From a virus (taxonomy: Duplodnaviria > Caudoviricetes), in IMG/VR virus record IMGVR_UViG_3300029821_000128, positions 1 to 38,561 of that record: a stretch of DNA of 38,561 nucleotides; one strand, 5' to 3'. The position numbers and the translations under genes were made by a program. The notes beneath the pieces are model-generated. The model was not told the DNA's origin. It was given only the letters and a program-made list of their open reading frames with translations, and did not search any database. This document shows positions 1 to 10,300 of the stretch, piece by piece. Within the stretch, counting starts at the first letter, position 1; each line of letters starts with the position of its first letter.

Positions 1-501
1 TTAATTAAACAATCCCTGCACTCTGGCCAACATCAGCCGCCAGATGTTGGCTTTGTAAACCTGAAACGCGCAATTAGCAGGCGCTCCAGCAGTAAACAAT
101 GCCCGAACTTCGCCCGGCGATTTCAGACGCAATTCTTTGCTGTCGCCCCAGTAAAACTGGTGCTGTCCGAATCCGTTGACACCAGCCCAGACGACCCAGT
201 GCTGCTGCGTCGTTGATTTCTTCACCAGCACAATCGTCTTTCCCGGTTCGCAGTCACCGTTTAAAAGCATGGTCAAGGTGACGTTGCGCTTCCAGTAGCC
301 AGCCTTGATCAGTGCCCGGTATAGATTCCACGGATTGCCGTAGACGGGATTTTCGATCGGGCCGGGAAGATCGCGCCAGCTCAGTATATCGCGGGCTTGC
401 TCCCAGGTTATGCCGAGAGCAGTGGCAAGAGCGGCAACTTCGCAGTCTGTGCCGTGGCGCATTAGCACGATTTGGCGTGGAAGTGTGAAGGTGGTGGTCA
501 T
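1..501 (-). CDS. Papain-like cysteine peptidase (C39-like), 166 aa
   Basis: ATG at 501 overlaps upstream stop (ATGA) and has a GGAG RBS, so it is preferred to the 795 start; motifs HGTDCEVAALA (catalytic Cys), QHWVV (His) and downstream GD. Confidence 0.6.
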   Translation of the reverse strand: MTTTFTLPRQIVLMRHGTDCEVAALATALGITWEQARDILSWRDLPGPIENPVYGNPWNLYRALIKAGYWKRNVTLTMLLNGDCEPGKTIVLVKKSTTQQHWVVWAGVNGFGQHQFYWGDSKELRLKSPGEVRALFTAGAPANCAFQVYKANIWRLMLARVQGLFN

Positions 502-731
502 CGTTTTAGCTCTCCCGACAAGTCTCTGGCGTCGATCGTGCCAGCAATTATTTTCATATCTTCGCCGCCAAGCATGGCAGCGGAAAGTCTGTCTGCTCGA
601 AGGCCAGAGCAAGCTATCTTTGAGCCGTCGATCGTGCCAGCCGCTAAGTTGCCGCAAGAGCCTCCAGAAAAGCCGTCTGGCATGTCGCCTGTTCCGATAA
701 TGTCTTCTGCTCTGATTTGTTTTGCCATCAT
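498..731 (-). CDS. Small hypothetical protein with AGTID repeats, 77 aa
   Basis: Coupled (ATGA overlaps) to both neighbours, GGAGG RBS; repeats AGTIDGSKI / AGTIDARDL. Confidence 0.65.
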   Translation of the reverse strand: MMAKQIRAEDIIGTGDMPDGFSGGSCGNLAAGTIDGSKIACSGLRADRLSAAMLGGEDMKIIAGTIDARDLSGELKR

Positions 732-3700
732 CGCTCAACCTCCTGCATAATGTTGTTATATGCCGCTTTGACGTGGCTATCAGCTGCTTTTTCAATCTCT
801 TCGGCGGTCAATTCAACAACGGCTTGTTTTTTCTGCTTTTCGGGCATTTTCGGCAGACCAAGCATTTCAAGAAGCAGCGCTATTTGCTCAGACTGCACTG
901 CGATTGTTTCGGCCTGATCGTCTACGATCTCGGCCAGTTCTTGAATTGCGCGGAGGGCTACACCGATAGCGTCAGTGAGATTGTATGTTTCTTCGTTGTT
1001 ATTGCCGATTCCAAACGCTTTGTTGAAGTCCTGAGCCATGACTCCTATCGACTTGCATGGGTTGTAGTTTTCAACCTCTGGCTCCGATGGGAACGCCGAT
1101 TTAGAGGCAATCACGTTGTTGCTTTTCAAATTTCCGAGCAGTTCTTTTTCGTGTCTAATCTTGGCAATTTTATAATCGTCAAGATGATACTTTTTTACTC
1201 TGATCTGCCTCAGGCTATTGAGAACCGAAACATCCTCAATCTCTGACTTGCAGTTTTCGTCAGACGCTGGGTGGAATCCGCCATCGGCATAAACTTTTCC
1301 AGTGGTATAAAAGCCGTAGTATGAAGTAGAAGTCACTTGTGTTCTAATTGGAGACGAAAAAGACGACCCAGAGCCAGAGCCTGTTGTTATTGAAACTGCA
1401 GACTGCACCACATTAGAAATCCCCAGAGACATAATAATTCCGCACGGATTCAAATCTTCTGCTGATTCTATTCTAATGTCGTTCCAGCTAGTGCCGCTGG
1501 AGTAGTCCGAAAACAAATCATTCCCGTCAATCGTGTAGCCGCCTATTATGCCGCTAGTTGCCGTAATGGCTCCGGTAAGGGTCGCATTACTAGCCACCAA
1601 CGCTCCTGCATGAGTAACCCGAAACGGCGCACTACTCGACGTAGCACTCCCCGCCCAAAACGCCCACTTCGCCGTGTCCGTGCTTATGCCAATCGCCGTA
1701 GTTGTTGCGCCCGCCGTTAAATCGGTAGCATTAAACGTAAATCCCGCAAACACGCCGGTATTCGTGCTGTTGGTAAAGCTGAATCGTGGCGCATCTGAGC
1801 CGCCCATTTTTATATCGCCAGAATCTAGGTCAATAAGGCTCCCGGCGGTTGTTGAGTAGTTCAGACTCTTGATTTGCCCGGTAACAACGCGGTCGGCGGT
1901 GATTATGCCGGATTCAGAGTCTGTGCCAAGCATGTAGAGGGTTTTTACTTCGGCGGCTGTGAGAGCGCGGGGGTAGATTTTTGGATTGACTATAAGCCCG
2001 TTGTAATAAGTAGACGCCCCTGTGTAAACAGCGCCTAGCGTAGAAGTGGTAGACAAATCGTTAGACGTGAATGCAACAGAAGCAGCAATTGCGCCATTTT
2101 TATAAACATTTGCAGTAGTGCCGTCTGCGGTAATAGTTAGGGCGCAATTTTCGCCAGCGCTGACGGTAATGCCTGTTTCTCGCCATGCGGTATCATAGAT
2201 TCTCAACGCGCCAGTGGATTCGATTTGCACAATAAATCGAGTTGGGCCAGTATCAAAAATTCTAGCCGGCAGCACGCTTGGAATAATTCTCATATGAACA
2301 GTTATAGCGCCGGTTCCGCATGACAAACCGCTGATATTGATATAGTCATTTGTGCCGTCGAAAGAAAACGCCTGACCTATTGCGCTATTAACAATCGCAA
2401 CGCCGCCAACCGCTGTGCCATGCTTGCTATTGCCGGAAACGTCTTTAACGCCGCCAGACAAAGCGATGCTAGCGGTTGTCGCGCCTTTGGCTGACCACGC
2501 TGCGATCGCGCCAGCGGGAGCCTTGAGGGCTGCGACATTCAAGGCCTCTGCAAAAACAGTGCCGGTGTAAAGTTTAGCCCCGTTAATATACGTCAAATCG
2601 TTATTAACAGCCCAAGCAAAAATAGCCGCGTCGAGAGCCGCTACGACGTCTTTATTGGTTTTTGGCGGGGTAAATAGCTGCGTCCCGATCAGCGCGCCCT
2701 CGCTTGATGGCGATGTAAAAGTCAGCAACACAATATCTGTTCCTGTCGCCCATGTCCAAGTGCCGAGAACAGACCCCGCGTCGGCGGCTGAATACTTCCA
2801 AGCCATTGACTCGGTTTCAAACCAGACAATATATTTCGTGCCGCTGCGCTGGACAACGAAAAGCGGCACGTTATAGGGGCAAATGGCGTTTGGGTTTATC
2901 ATGCCCTTTGTGACCGTTACGTCTGCGCCGTTCCATTCAACCCAGCCATCAACGTCAGCCGCTGCGCCAGTGCTGGCAACAAAGCCATGCAAATACAATT
3001 CACCACTATTCGCCGTAGAAAATGCCGAGAAATTCACTTTAACGCCCAGCCCAGTTGCCGCTAGATTCCCGGCTTTGGTGTTAGCTGTCGCCGCATCGCT
3101 CACCGCTGTATTTGCTGTGCCTTGCGCCGTGTCAGCAAGCGTTTTTGCTTTTACTGCAATGGCGTTCAGCAATGCCGTTCGCGCATCGTAATAGGCTTTC
3201 CAGTTGGCTCTGAAAGTTGCGCCGACGATTGTGGTGGTTGCGGCAAGGTTGGCGTCAGCAATCCATGACGGTATGCCAGATGACCACGTAGTGCCCGCAT
3301 TTAAGTAAGTCGCAAGCGCCTGAAAAGCGTTGTTGTAGGTGGTGTTCTCGGTGGTAATTCCGAAAGTTGTTGCTTGAGAATTGATGCCAGCTTTTTCGGC
3401 TGCGATTATGTCCCATTCGCGGCGCGCGTCTTGCTTTTCAGACGCAACCAGCTTGTTGTCTGCTGCGATGTCAGCAAGCAGACCGTTTGCGGTTGCGGCG
3501 TTGGTGACCGCCGTATTCGCCGTGGTCTGAGCCGTCGCCGCATTAGATAATGCTGTGTTTGCGGTGCCTTGTGCTGTGGCCGCGTTTGTAAGCGCTGTGT
3601 CGGCGTTGGTAAATGCCGTATTGATGGTGGTCTGCGCCGATGATTCAAGACCTGTGATTGCCAGTGTGCCCGCGGCAACCTTGCTGCCGTGTAGCTTTAT

Positions 3701-6571
3701 GATGTTGGCATCGTCTACGGTCAGATTGGCCATCTGCGCCTTATCGGTGATGACGGCTTCATTTACAACTAAATGTTTAGCGCGAATTGCATTTGCGCCA
3801 ATCAAATCGGCTGTAAGCTGAGCAAAAACCGCATTTTCTTCCAGCATGTAGAGGGTTTTTACTTCAGGAGCAGTCAATACCCTGTCGTAAACGCGAATGT
3901 CGGCGAAAACACCAGCAGCCCACGAAGATATCCCCTGATACTGCGAACCAATCGTAGAAGTTGTGTCGAAATCGCTGCTTGTAAAGTTGATGGTGGCGGT
4001 TAATGCGCCTTTTTGGTATATTGCAGCGGTGGTGCCGTTGCAGCAAACAGTCAAAGCGTAATCTGTGTCTGTGTTAAAAAATACGCCGGTTGCTCGCCAT
4101 GCAGTGTCATAGATTCCAAGCTGGCCGGTTGCGAAAATTTCTAGAACCAAACGAGTTGTTGGCCCTGTGTCAACTAAGCGGGCCGGCAGCGCAGACACAT
4201 TGAATCTCAGGTGAATTGAAATTGCGCTAGTTCCGGTATTCACGCCGCTGATGTCAAGAAACCCGTCAACGCCATCTAAGCCAAACGCTTTGCCAAAGGC
4301 AGAATCTACAATAGTAACGCCGCCAAACGCCTGACCGTGATTGCCGTTAAACGACACATCTTTAACCCCATCTTCTTCGGCAATCGAAGCATCGGTGCAG
4401 TTGTTAGCCGACAATCGCATAATCGAGCCCATCGGCATTTTAAGAAGCTGGTTGCTGATGTCGCTGTTGACGATAGCGCTGATCGTGATCGGGCCGACAG
4501 AATCGCTGAACGCTGATGGATTGCCCCATGTGTCGATTGCTTTGGCCCAATAGTAATAGCTTGTGCCGTATTCGGTGTTGATGTCGAAGGTCTGGGCAAA
4601 ACCCTTGGTGCTTGCTACGTAGCCGATTTGATTGGCTGTGCCGCTGACGTTTGTGGTATTTCGGAAGATCTGGAAGCCGGCCATGTCAGACGGCACGGAG
4701 GCAAGGAGCAGGCTGATTGATACGGTTTTTAAGCTGCTGGTTGCGCTGATGCTGGGTTTGCCGGGGGGCACGTCATCGCCTTGGGTTGTCAACGTTGCGG
4801 TGATATAGTCACTTTTGCCGGTAGAGCTGATCATTCTAATTCTTACGGCGTAGAGCTGCGCGGGCTTTACCGGCACAACTTCAAAGCTGTTACCCTGAAC
4901 CATACCGAGGCTTTTCCAGTCCAGAATCGGCAGCGCCCCTTCGCCGTATTCAATACTGGCGGCAAGGTAAGCGCTGGTTGGCTGGGTAAAAGTGCCTGAC
5001 AATACAACAATGTTTGTGCCGTCGGCGCCCGGCCGGATTTCGCTCGACAAAGTCAGACCGCTGGCGGCGCCCGGCGTGATAGACGGAATAATCGCCGCGT
5101 CAGTGACCCAGTCGATGGCGGTGCCAGGTGTGCCGGAAACGAAGATGGTGTCTGAAAATTTTTCGGCTTCGATGCGGTGTTTGCGGTCGCCGATGTCTAA
5201 AATGTTGATCTGCCATGTGCCTGAAAGACCTTTTTCCGGGTAGTCGACTGTGATGATATCGCCTTCGTGGCAATCATCGGGCAATTCTTTGGTTTCGAAA
5301 TAGACCTTGGTAGCGCCGATCAGTGATTTTTTGCAGGTATAGTCGATAAGCGCCTTGCCGGTGGCCATTTCGCTAACCAGGTAGCTCTGGCCGGTAAATT
5401 CCTGTTCATCGATTGCGCCGATGCTTGTCGCATCTTCATATTGCGCTGACTGGGTGAATTGCCCAACCAGCGGGTTAAAGCCGAATTCGATCTTGCCTTT
5501 GTTATATACCTGGCCGGTGTAAGCGCCTTTTCCGTAGCGCAGCAGCTTGATGTTTTTCTTTGTGTAAGTCTTTCGGCTGGCTGCCGAAGCGTTGACAAAC
5601 AACCGGCGCTTGCCGTTGTCGCCGATAGAGTAGCTGCCGCGAATGGCATGGCAGATCTGGTCGATCCAGCTCTGAGCGATCTGGCGGAAATAGAAGATGC
5701 CGTCCATTTTCAGTCCGGCCGTATCTATTCGCGCAATGGCAGTGTTGAAAGCATCGAGATCGATGTCGCTTTCTGCAATGCCGAGGCCCCAGCCGCCAAC
5801 GCCTTCACGCGCGGTTTTGAGCAGCCAGAGCAGAAATCGTGCGCCATTTCGGCACTCTTCGATCGTATGTGTGCCAAGCTTGAGACCGACCACGTCGGCG
5901 CTGATTTCGACGTAAGTTCCATCGTCGTTTTTGCGCAAAGTTTCGTCAGTGAGCTGAACATATGCGAAGCCTGGGTAATTGGCCTGGCCGGCTGTTCCGG
6001 TGTATGCGACAAAGCCGGCGGTCAGCAGCTCTGTTCCGCGATAAACATTTGGAATCTGATGATTTTCGCCAACACAGAGAAGATAAATGCCGGCTGTCTT
6101 ATCGATCAAAATGCCTTTTACCAGGATAGGCTTTTCGACCGTGCCACCGATAACCATGGGCAATGTCACATTGATAGCGGAAACGTGAAAGTTCTCATCG
6201 AGCGTGACCAGGCGGGCAACTTCATCTGGGAATTTTATCAGCAGCTCAGGAGCGCTCTTTTCGGTGGCGGTGATATACATAACTCCACCGCCATCTGAGT
6301 CGTAAGCTGTGATTTTGCCGCGCCAGGTGTAGCCAGAATCAGAAACTACCGTGACGTCTGCGCCCCAAAGGTCTATGTTGCTCGCTATGTAAGCATCATT
6401 GTTGCGAATGTTTATGGGCAGGGTAATTGGTGTGTTGCCGACACGCGCAAGCTGCTTCGTCATGCGCACTTCACTAAGCAGACGGCCCTGGTAAATACCA
6501 ACGCCATCTACCGGCACTGTTCGGCCGGCGATTCGCCAGATATTTATTCCAGACTGAATCGTGATTTTCAT
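728..6571 (-). CDS. Tail tip / central tail fibre protein (FN3-like, two LamG/ConA-like domains, coiled shaft, C-terminal S74-like intramolecular chaperone), 1947 aa
   Basis: YAVRIRMIS and YYYWAKAIDTWGN FN3-like motifs; two VKDVS..N/KHG...RVYDRVLT/KIYPRALT LamG-like repeats; ANTA/AATAQ heptads; SDENCK..I and IGVMAQD S74 motifs followed by coiled coil. Confidence 0.85.
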   Translation of the reverse strand: MKITIQSGINIWRIAGRTVPVDGVGIYQGRLLSEVRMTKQLARVGNTPITLPINIRNNDAYIASNIDLWGADVTVVSDSGYTWRGKITAYDSDGGGVMYITATEKSAPELLIKFPDEVARLVTLDENFHVSAINVTLPMVIGGTVEKPILVKGILIDKTAGIYLLCVGENHQIPNVYRGTELLTAGFVAYTGTAGQANYPGFAYVQLTDETLRKNDDGTYVEISADVVGLKLGTHTIEECRNGARFLLWLLKTAREGVGGWGLGIAESDIDLDAFNTAIARIDTAGLKMDGIFYFRQIAQSWIDQICHAIRGSYSIGDNGKRRLFVNASAASRKTYTKKNIKLLRYGKGAYTGQVYNKGKIEFGFNPLVGQFTQSAQYEDATSIGAIDEQEFTGQSYLVSEMATGKALIDYTCKKSLIGATKVYFETKELPDDCHEGDIITVDYPEKGLSGTWQINILDIGDRKHRIEAEKFSDTIFVSGTPGTAIDWVTDAAIIPSITPGAASGLTLSSEIRPGADGTNIVVLSGTFTQPTSAYLAASIEYGEGALPILDWKSLGMVQGNSFEVVPVKPAQLYAVRIRMISSTGKSDYITATLTTQGDDVPPGKPSISATSSLKTVSISLLLASVPSDMAGFQIFRNTTNVSGTANQIGYVASTKGFAQTFDINTEYGTSYYYWAKAIDTWGNPSAFSDSVGPITISAIVNSDISNQLLKMPMGSIMRLSANNCTDASIAEEDGVKDVSFNGNHGQAFGGVTIVDSAFGKAFGLDGVDGFLDISGVNTGTSAISIHLRFNVSALPARLVDTGPTTRLVLEIFATGQLGIYDTAWRATGVFFNTDTDYALTVCCNGTTAAIYQKGALTATINFTSSDFDTTSTIGSQYQGISSWAAGVFADIRVYDRVLTAPEVKTLYMLEENAVFAQLTADLIGANAIRAKHLVVNEAVITDKAQMANLTVDDANIIKLHGSKVAAGTLAITGLESSAQTTINTAFTNADTALTNAATAQGTANTALSNAATAQTTANTAVTNAATANGLLADIAADNKLVASEKQDARREWDIIAAEKAGINSQATTFGITTENTTYNNAFQALATYLNAGTTWSSGIPSWIADANLAATTTIVGATFRANWKAYYDARTALLNAIAVKAKTLADTAQGTANTAVSDAATANTKAGNLAATGLGVKVNFSAFSTANSGELYLHGFVASTGAAADVDGWVEWNGADVTVTKGMINPNAICPYNVPLFVVQRSGTKYIVWFETESMAWKYSAADAGSVLGTWTWATGTDIVLLTFTSPSSEGALIGTQLFTPPKTNKDVVAALDAAIFAWAVNNDLTYINGAKLYTGTVFAEALNVAALKAPAGAIAAWSAKGATTASIALSGGVKDVSGNSKHGTAVGGVAIVNSAIGQAFSFDGTNDYINISGLSCGTGAITVHMRIIPSVLPARIFDTGPTRFIVQIESTGALRIYDTAWRETGITVSAGENCALTITADGTTANVYKNGAIAASVAFTSNDLSTTSTLGAVYTGASTYYNGLIVNPKIYPRALTAAEVKTLYMLGTDSESGIITADRVVTGQIKSLNYSTTAGSLIDLDSGDIKMGGSDAPRFSFTNSTNTGVFAGFTFNATDLTAGATTTAIGISTDTAKWAFWAGSATSSSAPFRVTHAGALVASNATLTGAITATSGIIGGYTIDGNDLFSDYSSGTSWNDIRIESAEDLNPCGIIMSLGISNVVQSAVSITTGSGSGSSFSSPIRTQVTSTSYYGFYTTGKVYADGGFHPASDENCKSEIEDVSVLNSLRQIRVKKYHLDDYKIAKIRHEKELLGNLKSNNVIASKSAFPSEPEVENYNPCKSIGVMAQDFNKAFGIGNNNEETYNLTDAIGVALRAIQELAEIVDDQAETIAVQSEQIALLLEMLGLPKMPEKQKKQAVVELTAEEIEKAADSHVKAAYNNIMQEVER
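1929..1951. repeat. 23-nt exact direct repeat, copy 1 (AGCATGTAGAGGGTTTTTACTTC)
   Basis: Identical to 3843-3865; encodes EVKTLYML at the end of each LamG-like domain. Confidence 0.85.
3843..3865. repeat. 23-nt exact direct repeat, copy 2
   Basis: Identical to 1929-1951. Confidence 0.85.
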
Positions 6572-7299
6572 GTGCGTTCCCTCAGCACGAATTCAAGATC
6601 GCAGTCGATCTGGCTGCGCACTCTTGGCCGTTTTCCCTTGGGCGAATGGACAAGAAACGAGTCGGCCACGCTGCCGAGTTCGGTGTATAAAACAGCCATC
6701 TGCCAGCCTTTCAGTGGTGCGGCGTCGATCTCGGCTTTTGTTACGCTGAGCATCGAGGCGGTAAAAATATGGCGCTGCTTGCCGGTCGATTCTTCCGAAT
6801 AAGCGCCGCCGTCAGGTTCCCAGGCTTCAAAATTCTCTTGGACAAGCGGTTCCCAGCTTCCGACAATCAGGGTTTCAACGTCGCCAATGATAATGTTTCC
6901 GAGCCAGGGCAGTGTGTCGCCAAAAAGCAGAGTTTGAACTGGTATCACCAGGCGAACATACCGATAATTCGTTTCGCTCAAGGCAAAAAAGCCTTTGTAA
7001 ATTCCGACATCATCGCATGCAAGAGTAACGGCTTTCGACACCGACGGAGCGCCCCAGCTGTTTGTCGCGTTGGCCTGGATCGTCGCGCTGACGAAGTTTG
7101 CATTATTCAGCCAGATCTGCTTGATGCTCGACGCCACAGCCAGATCGATAACGATGGTCACATCTGCTGCGAAACTCGCGGCCGCCCAGATCAGGTCAGG
7201 GTCATACTGCAACAGGTTGGTGGCAGCAAAACCGGCCGCTTCGCTGCTGGCGGTAATCGCGTTGATTGTGCGCATGTTCTGGTCTGTGAGTAGTTTCAT
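6568..7299 (-). CDS. Putative distal tail / tail tip protein with galactose-binding-like fold, 243 aa
   Basis: Between tape measure and tail tip; ITASSE...NL...W and YRYVRLVI motifs typical of discoidin-like domains. Confidence 0.55.
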   Translation of the reverse strand: MKLLTDQNMRTINAITASSEAAGFAATNLLQYDPDLIWAAASFAADVTIVIDLAVASSIKQIWLNNANFVSATIQANATNSWGAPSVSKAVTLACDDVGIYKGFFALSETNYRYVRLVIPVQTLLFGDTLPWLGNIIIGDVETLIVGSWEPLVQENFEAWEPDGGAYSEESTGKQRHIFTASMLSVTKAEIDAAPLKGWQMAVLYTELGSVADSFLVHSPKGKRPRVRSQIDCDLEFVLRERT

Positions 7300-7305
7300 A
7301 AGACC

Positions 7306-7348
7306 AGAATAGGGTTATTCGCTCAACCTAAACAGGTGAAGCGCTTCA
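7306..7348 (-). promoter_or_regulatory. Late promoter 3 (activator box TGAAGCGCTTCACCTG, 21 bp, -10 TATTCT)
   Basis: Same box and spacing as 16882-16924 and 24370-24412; -10 lies 6 nt from the ATG at 7299. Confidence 0.75.
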
Positions 7349-10300
7349 GTATTTATTCCAGCGGGCCTTTGCTTTAGTCGTTTCAAGAGTGCTCTGCAAA
7401 ACCGCTGTCACTTCAGGGTTGTCAACAAATTCTATCATCAGCTCTTCTATCGCTGTTGCTGCATCGCCTGCCTGGATAATCATAATTCTATCGCCGCGCT
7501 GTGAAACTTCTCCGATCAGTGACAGAGCCGATTCCATTTTTGCCTGGCGGGCTTCTGCCATAAGCTGCTTTTCCTGCTCTTCCAGTTGCTTTTCTGTTCT
7601 GAGTTTGTCGAGTTTCGACTGGTGATAAGACGCCATGCTTTGTTCATAAAGATCGAGCGCCGACACGCGCTCTTCATAGGACTTGGCGCCATCCTTAAAA
7701 ATCTGCTCCTGTCGGCGCATGACCTCTTCAGATGCGGACATCTGTTTTTCTATCTGCTCCAAATAGCGCTCAGTATATAATTCTGGGTCTGTCAGCCTGA
7801 GTTCTTCCAGTTCGTAGCCGGCGGTTCCTGCCTGCTTGACCATATCGAGCAGATAGCTCGGAATATTGCGATCCATTAAGCTGGTCTGCAGAGCGGCAAA
7901 AGCATCATATTGTTGAGCGCTGCTGAGGTCGCTCATTTGGGAAGTAGTCGGAGCTTGCAAGAAGTTCTGCCAGCTTGTAGCGCCGCCAAAGATGCCGTCG
8001 CCACGCATGGAAATCCGCAAACCTGATGCCGCGTTCCCCGGCGTTTGGATCGAGTTCAACCAGGGCGCATACTTCGCGAACCCTCCGGCTACTGTCGCGA
8101 ATCTGTCGGCGTTAGCTTGACCAAGAGATCGCGCCATTTCAGCCGCTGCCATTTTGATTTCGTGTGCAGCTTCAGCCAGGTCAGCGGTATCTTTGCCGCC
8201 GTCTGACCAGTTGAGGGAATATGTTCCGCCGTATGCGTTCGCCGCCGCTCTTCGGTATGCCGATTCCTGGGCGACAAGGGCTTGGTAGTCGAGGCCTTTT
8301 GCCGACTGGAGTTCGTAACCCATTTCGACCGATCGATTGTATTTCTCGGCGTTCTCTATTGCCTTGGTCAGTTTTGCAAGAGCCGCGCTGGCACCCTGAT
8401 CAATCAAATTATATGTCCTGGTTTTGTCGCCGAAAGGCCAGCCGCCGCCGCTGTTGCTCCAGGAGTAGCCCGTCTGTGTTCCGTTATAGCTATATCTGCC
8501 CTCGGCAAGCTCTCGCTGATGATCATACGTCAGGTATGGCTGGATACTTGTCTCGAAAGATTTGACCCAAGCCTGGCCCATTTGAGACCGTAAATCTGAA
8601 GCGGCCTGCAATGTTTCAGCCTTAAACTTTTCCTGGCGTTTACCGAAGATGCCGCCCGTCCCCGTCAGTTTGTCGAGGGCAAAACCTGCGGCCATATTGA
8701 TTCCAAGATTGCCGAAATTAATACCTCCGGCTGCGTTCAGGATCGGATTGTTTTGCGCAATTGATCTGGAAAACACCTGAGAAAGCACGCTGCCCATAGA
8801 ATTGGCGAAGTTGGAAAGATCAGCGTTCGCAAATCCCTGGGCAACAGCTTCGGCAATGGTGCCAGAGAGCTTCTGTTTTTGCTTCTTATCATCGCTGTCG
8901 GTTCCGGCGCTCCAGATGGCAGATAATATGTTGCCGCCATACTGATCCCATGCCGAGGTTGTCTGTGATGGCACGGTTAGATTGAGATAGCCGGCAATTC
9001 CTTTTTGCAGATATTGAACAGTGGTCTTAGCGTTTGCGAGGCTCTTTTCACTAAATAGATCTGCATTGATTTTCACGTCTCCAAACGTGTTGGCTACTTC
9101 TGCAGCTTCCTTGGCGATTCTGGCAAGTTCTCCCCGAAACCAGTCTGGATTGCTTAGTCTGAGGTTGTCAGCGAAAGAGAGAGCGGCATCGCCAAGAGAT
9201 TCCATGCCAGCCTGAGCATTGTTGAGCGAAACTGGCAATTTTTGCCCCGAAGCATAGGCCGCGTCAATCGCGCTGGCCAGAGAATAATAGTATTCAGCGG
9301 CTTCTTTGGCACTTTTGCCTGATACCTTAGCTGCTTCGCCGGCATTTTTAGCAGATGATTGAAATTGGACTAACGACTCATCGCCCAGGTATCCGCTAGA
9401 CAAAAAGTTAAGAGTCTTCCACTGCCCCTGCTGCGAATCGAGACCTTTAAGTATGTTCTGCGCCGCAAATTGGGCTTTGCGAATCTCATTAGCCTGGGCT
9501 TCTTTAATGCTTTCAAGGCCATCGACTTTTGCCTTTTCGATCTCTTTGGTAAGCCGTGCAATCTCAATATTGGCGTTGCCAATCTGGCTCCATATCGCTT
9601 TTCGTATTTCCTCGATCGAAGCATTTCTGTCACCAGCGTAGTTTAAACCAATTCTCTGCTGATCATAGCTTGAAAAACCCCTCGAAGACTGTTGATATAG
9701 TCGCCCCAGCTCTTCTCGGCGCTTTTCTGCGTCAGCCACAAGAATTCGTTTCGTAGCGATAACACCAGCGGAACCCTGCTGTCTCAGAGTTTTTTCAATC
9801 TTTTCGTTAATATTTAACCATTCGGTAAAAATACTTATAACATCTCTGACAGCTGGAATTATATCGCTTCTAAGCGCGTAAACTACCGGCCTGAGGCCTT
9901 GAGACAAAAGACCGCCAAAATCATTTTTAAGGTTGGTGACCTCAGCCTCGAAAGCTCGCATTTCGTCAGCGTTGGTATTTGTCAGACCACCCATTTCTTT
10001 GAGCTGTTTGTTCCCCTCTACCAGCGTTAGTTCAAGAAGCTTGGCCGTTTTATCTGCGTCAGACATTCCTTTCGTCATCTCATCAAATCCGGCCGGAATC
10101 TTGATTCCGAGGTTGTCAAGAATAAGCGGCGAATTGCGGCCAAGGCCGGTAACGATATCTTCAAACGCCTGGTTTGTGCCGATTCCGAAAAGCCTTGCTT
10201 TGTTTCGAGCTATCTCAAGCAGATTGGCCATCTTGTCTGAATCGGTAGTAACACCGAGAGACATGGCTTTACTGGCAGTTGTAATCAGGCCCATATCATC

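Noticed and set aside
502-795. N-terminal 98 aa of the 264-aa ORF 1..795
   Set aside because: Overlaps the 77-aa gene and fibre end; the peptidase more plausibly starts at ATG 501 with RBS and ATGA coupling
5459-6298. Long plus-strand ORFs such as 5459-6298, 14708-15475, 15945-16628, 17161-17850 and 32370-33182
   Set aside because: Antisense shadows of well-supported minus-strand genes; no motifs or RBS noted
728-6571. Diversity-generating retroelement or invertible tail-fibre cassette
   Set aside because: No reverse transcriptase or invertase in the window; LamG copies differ at all base types and are direct, not inverted
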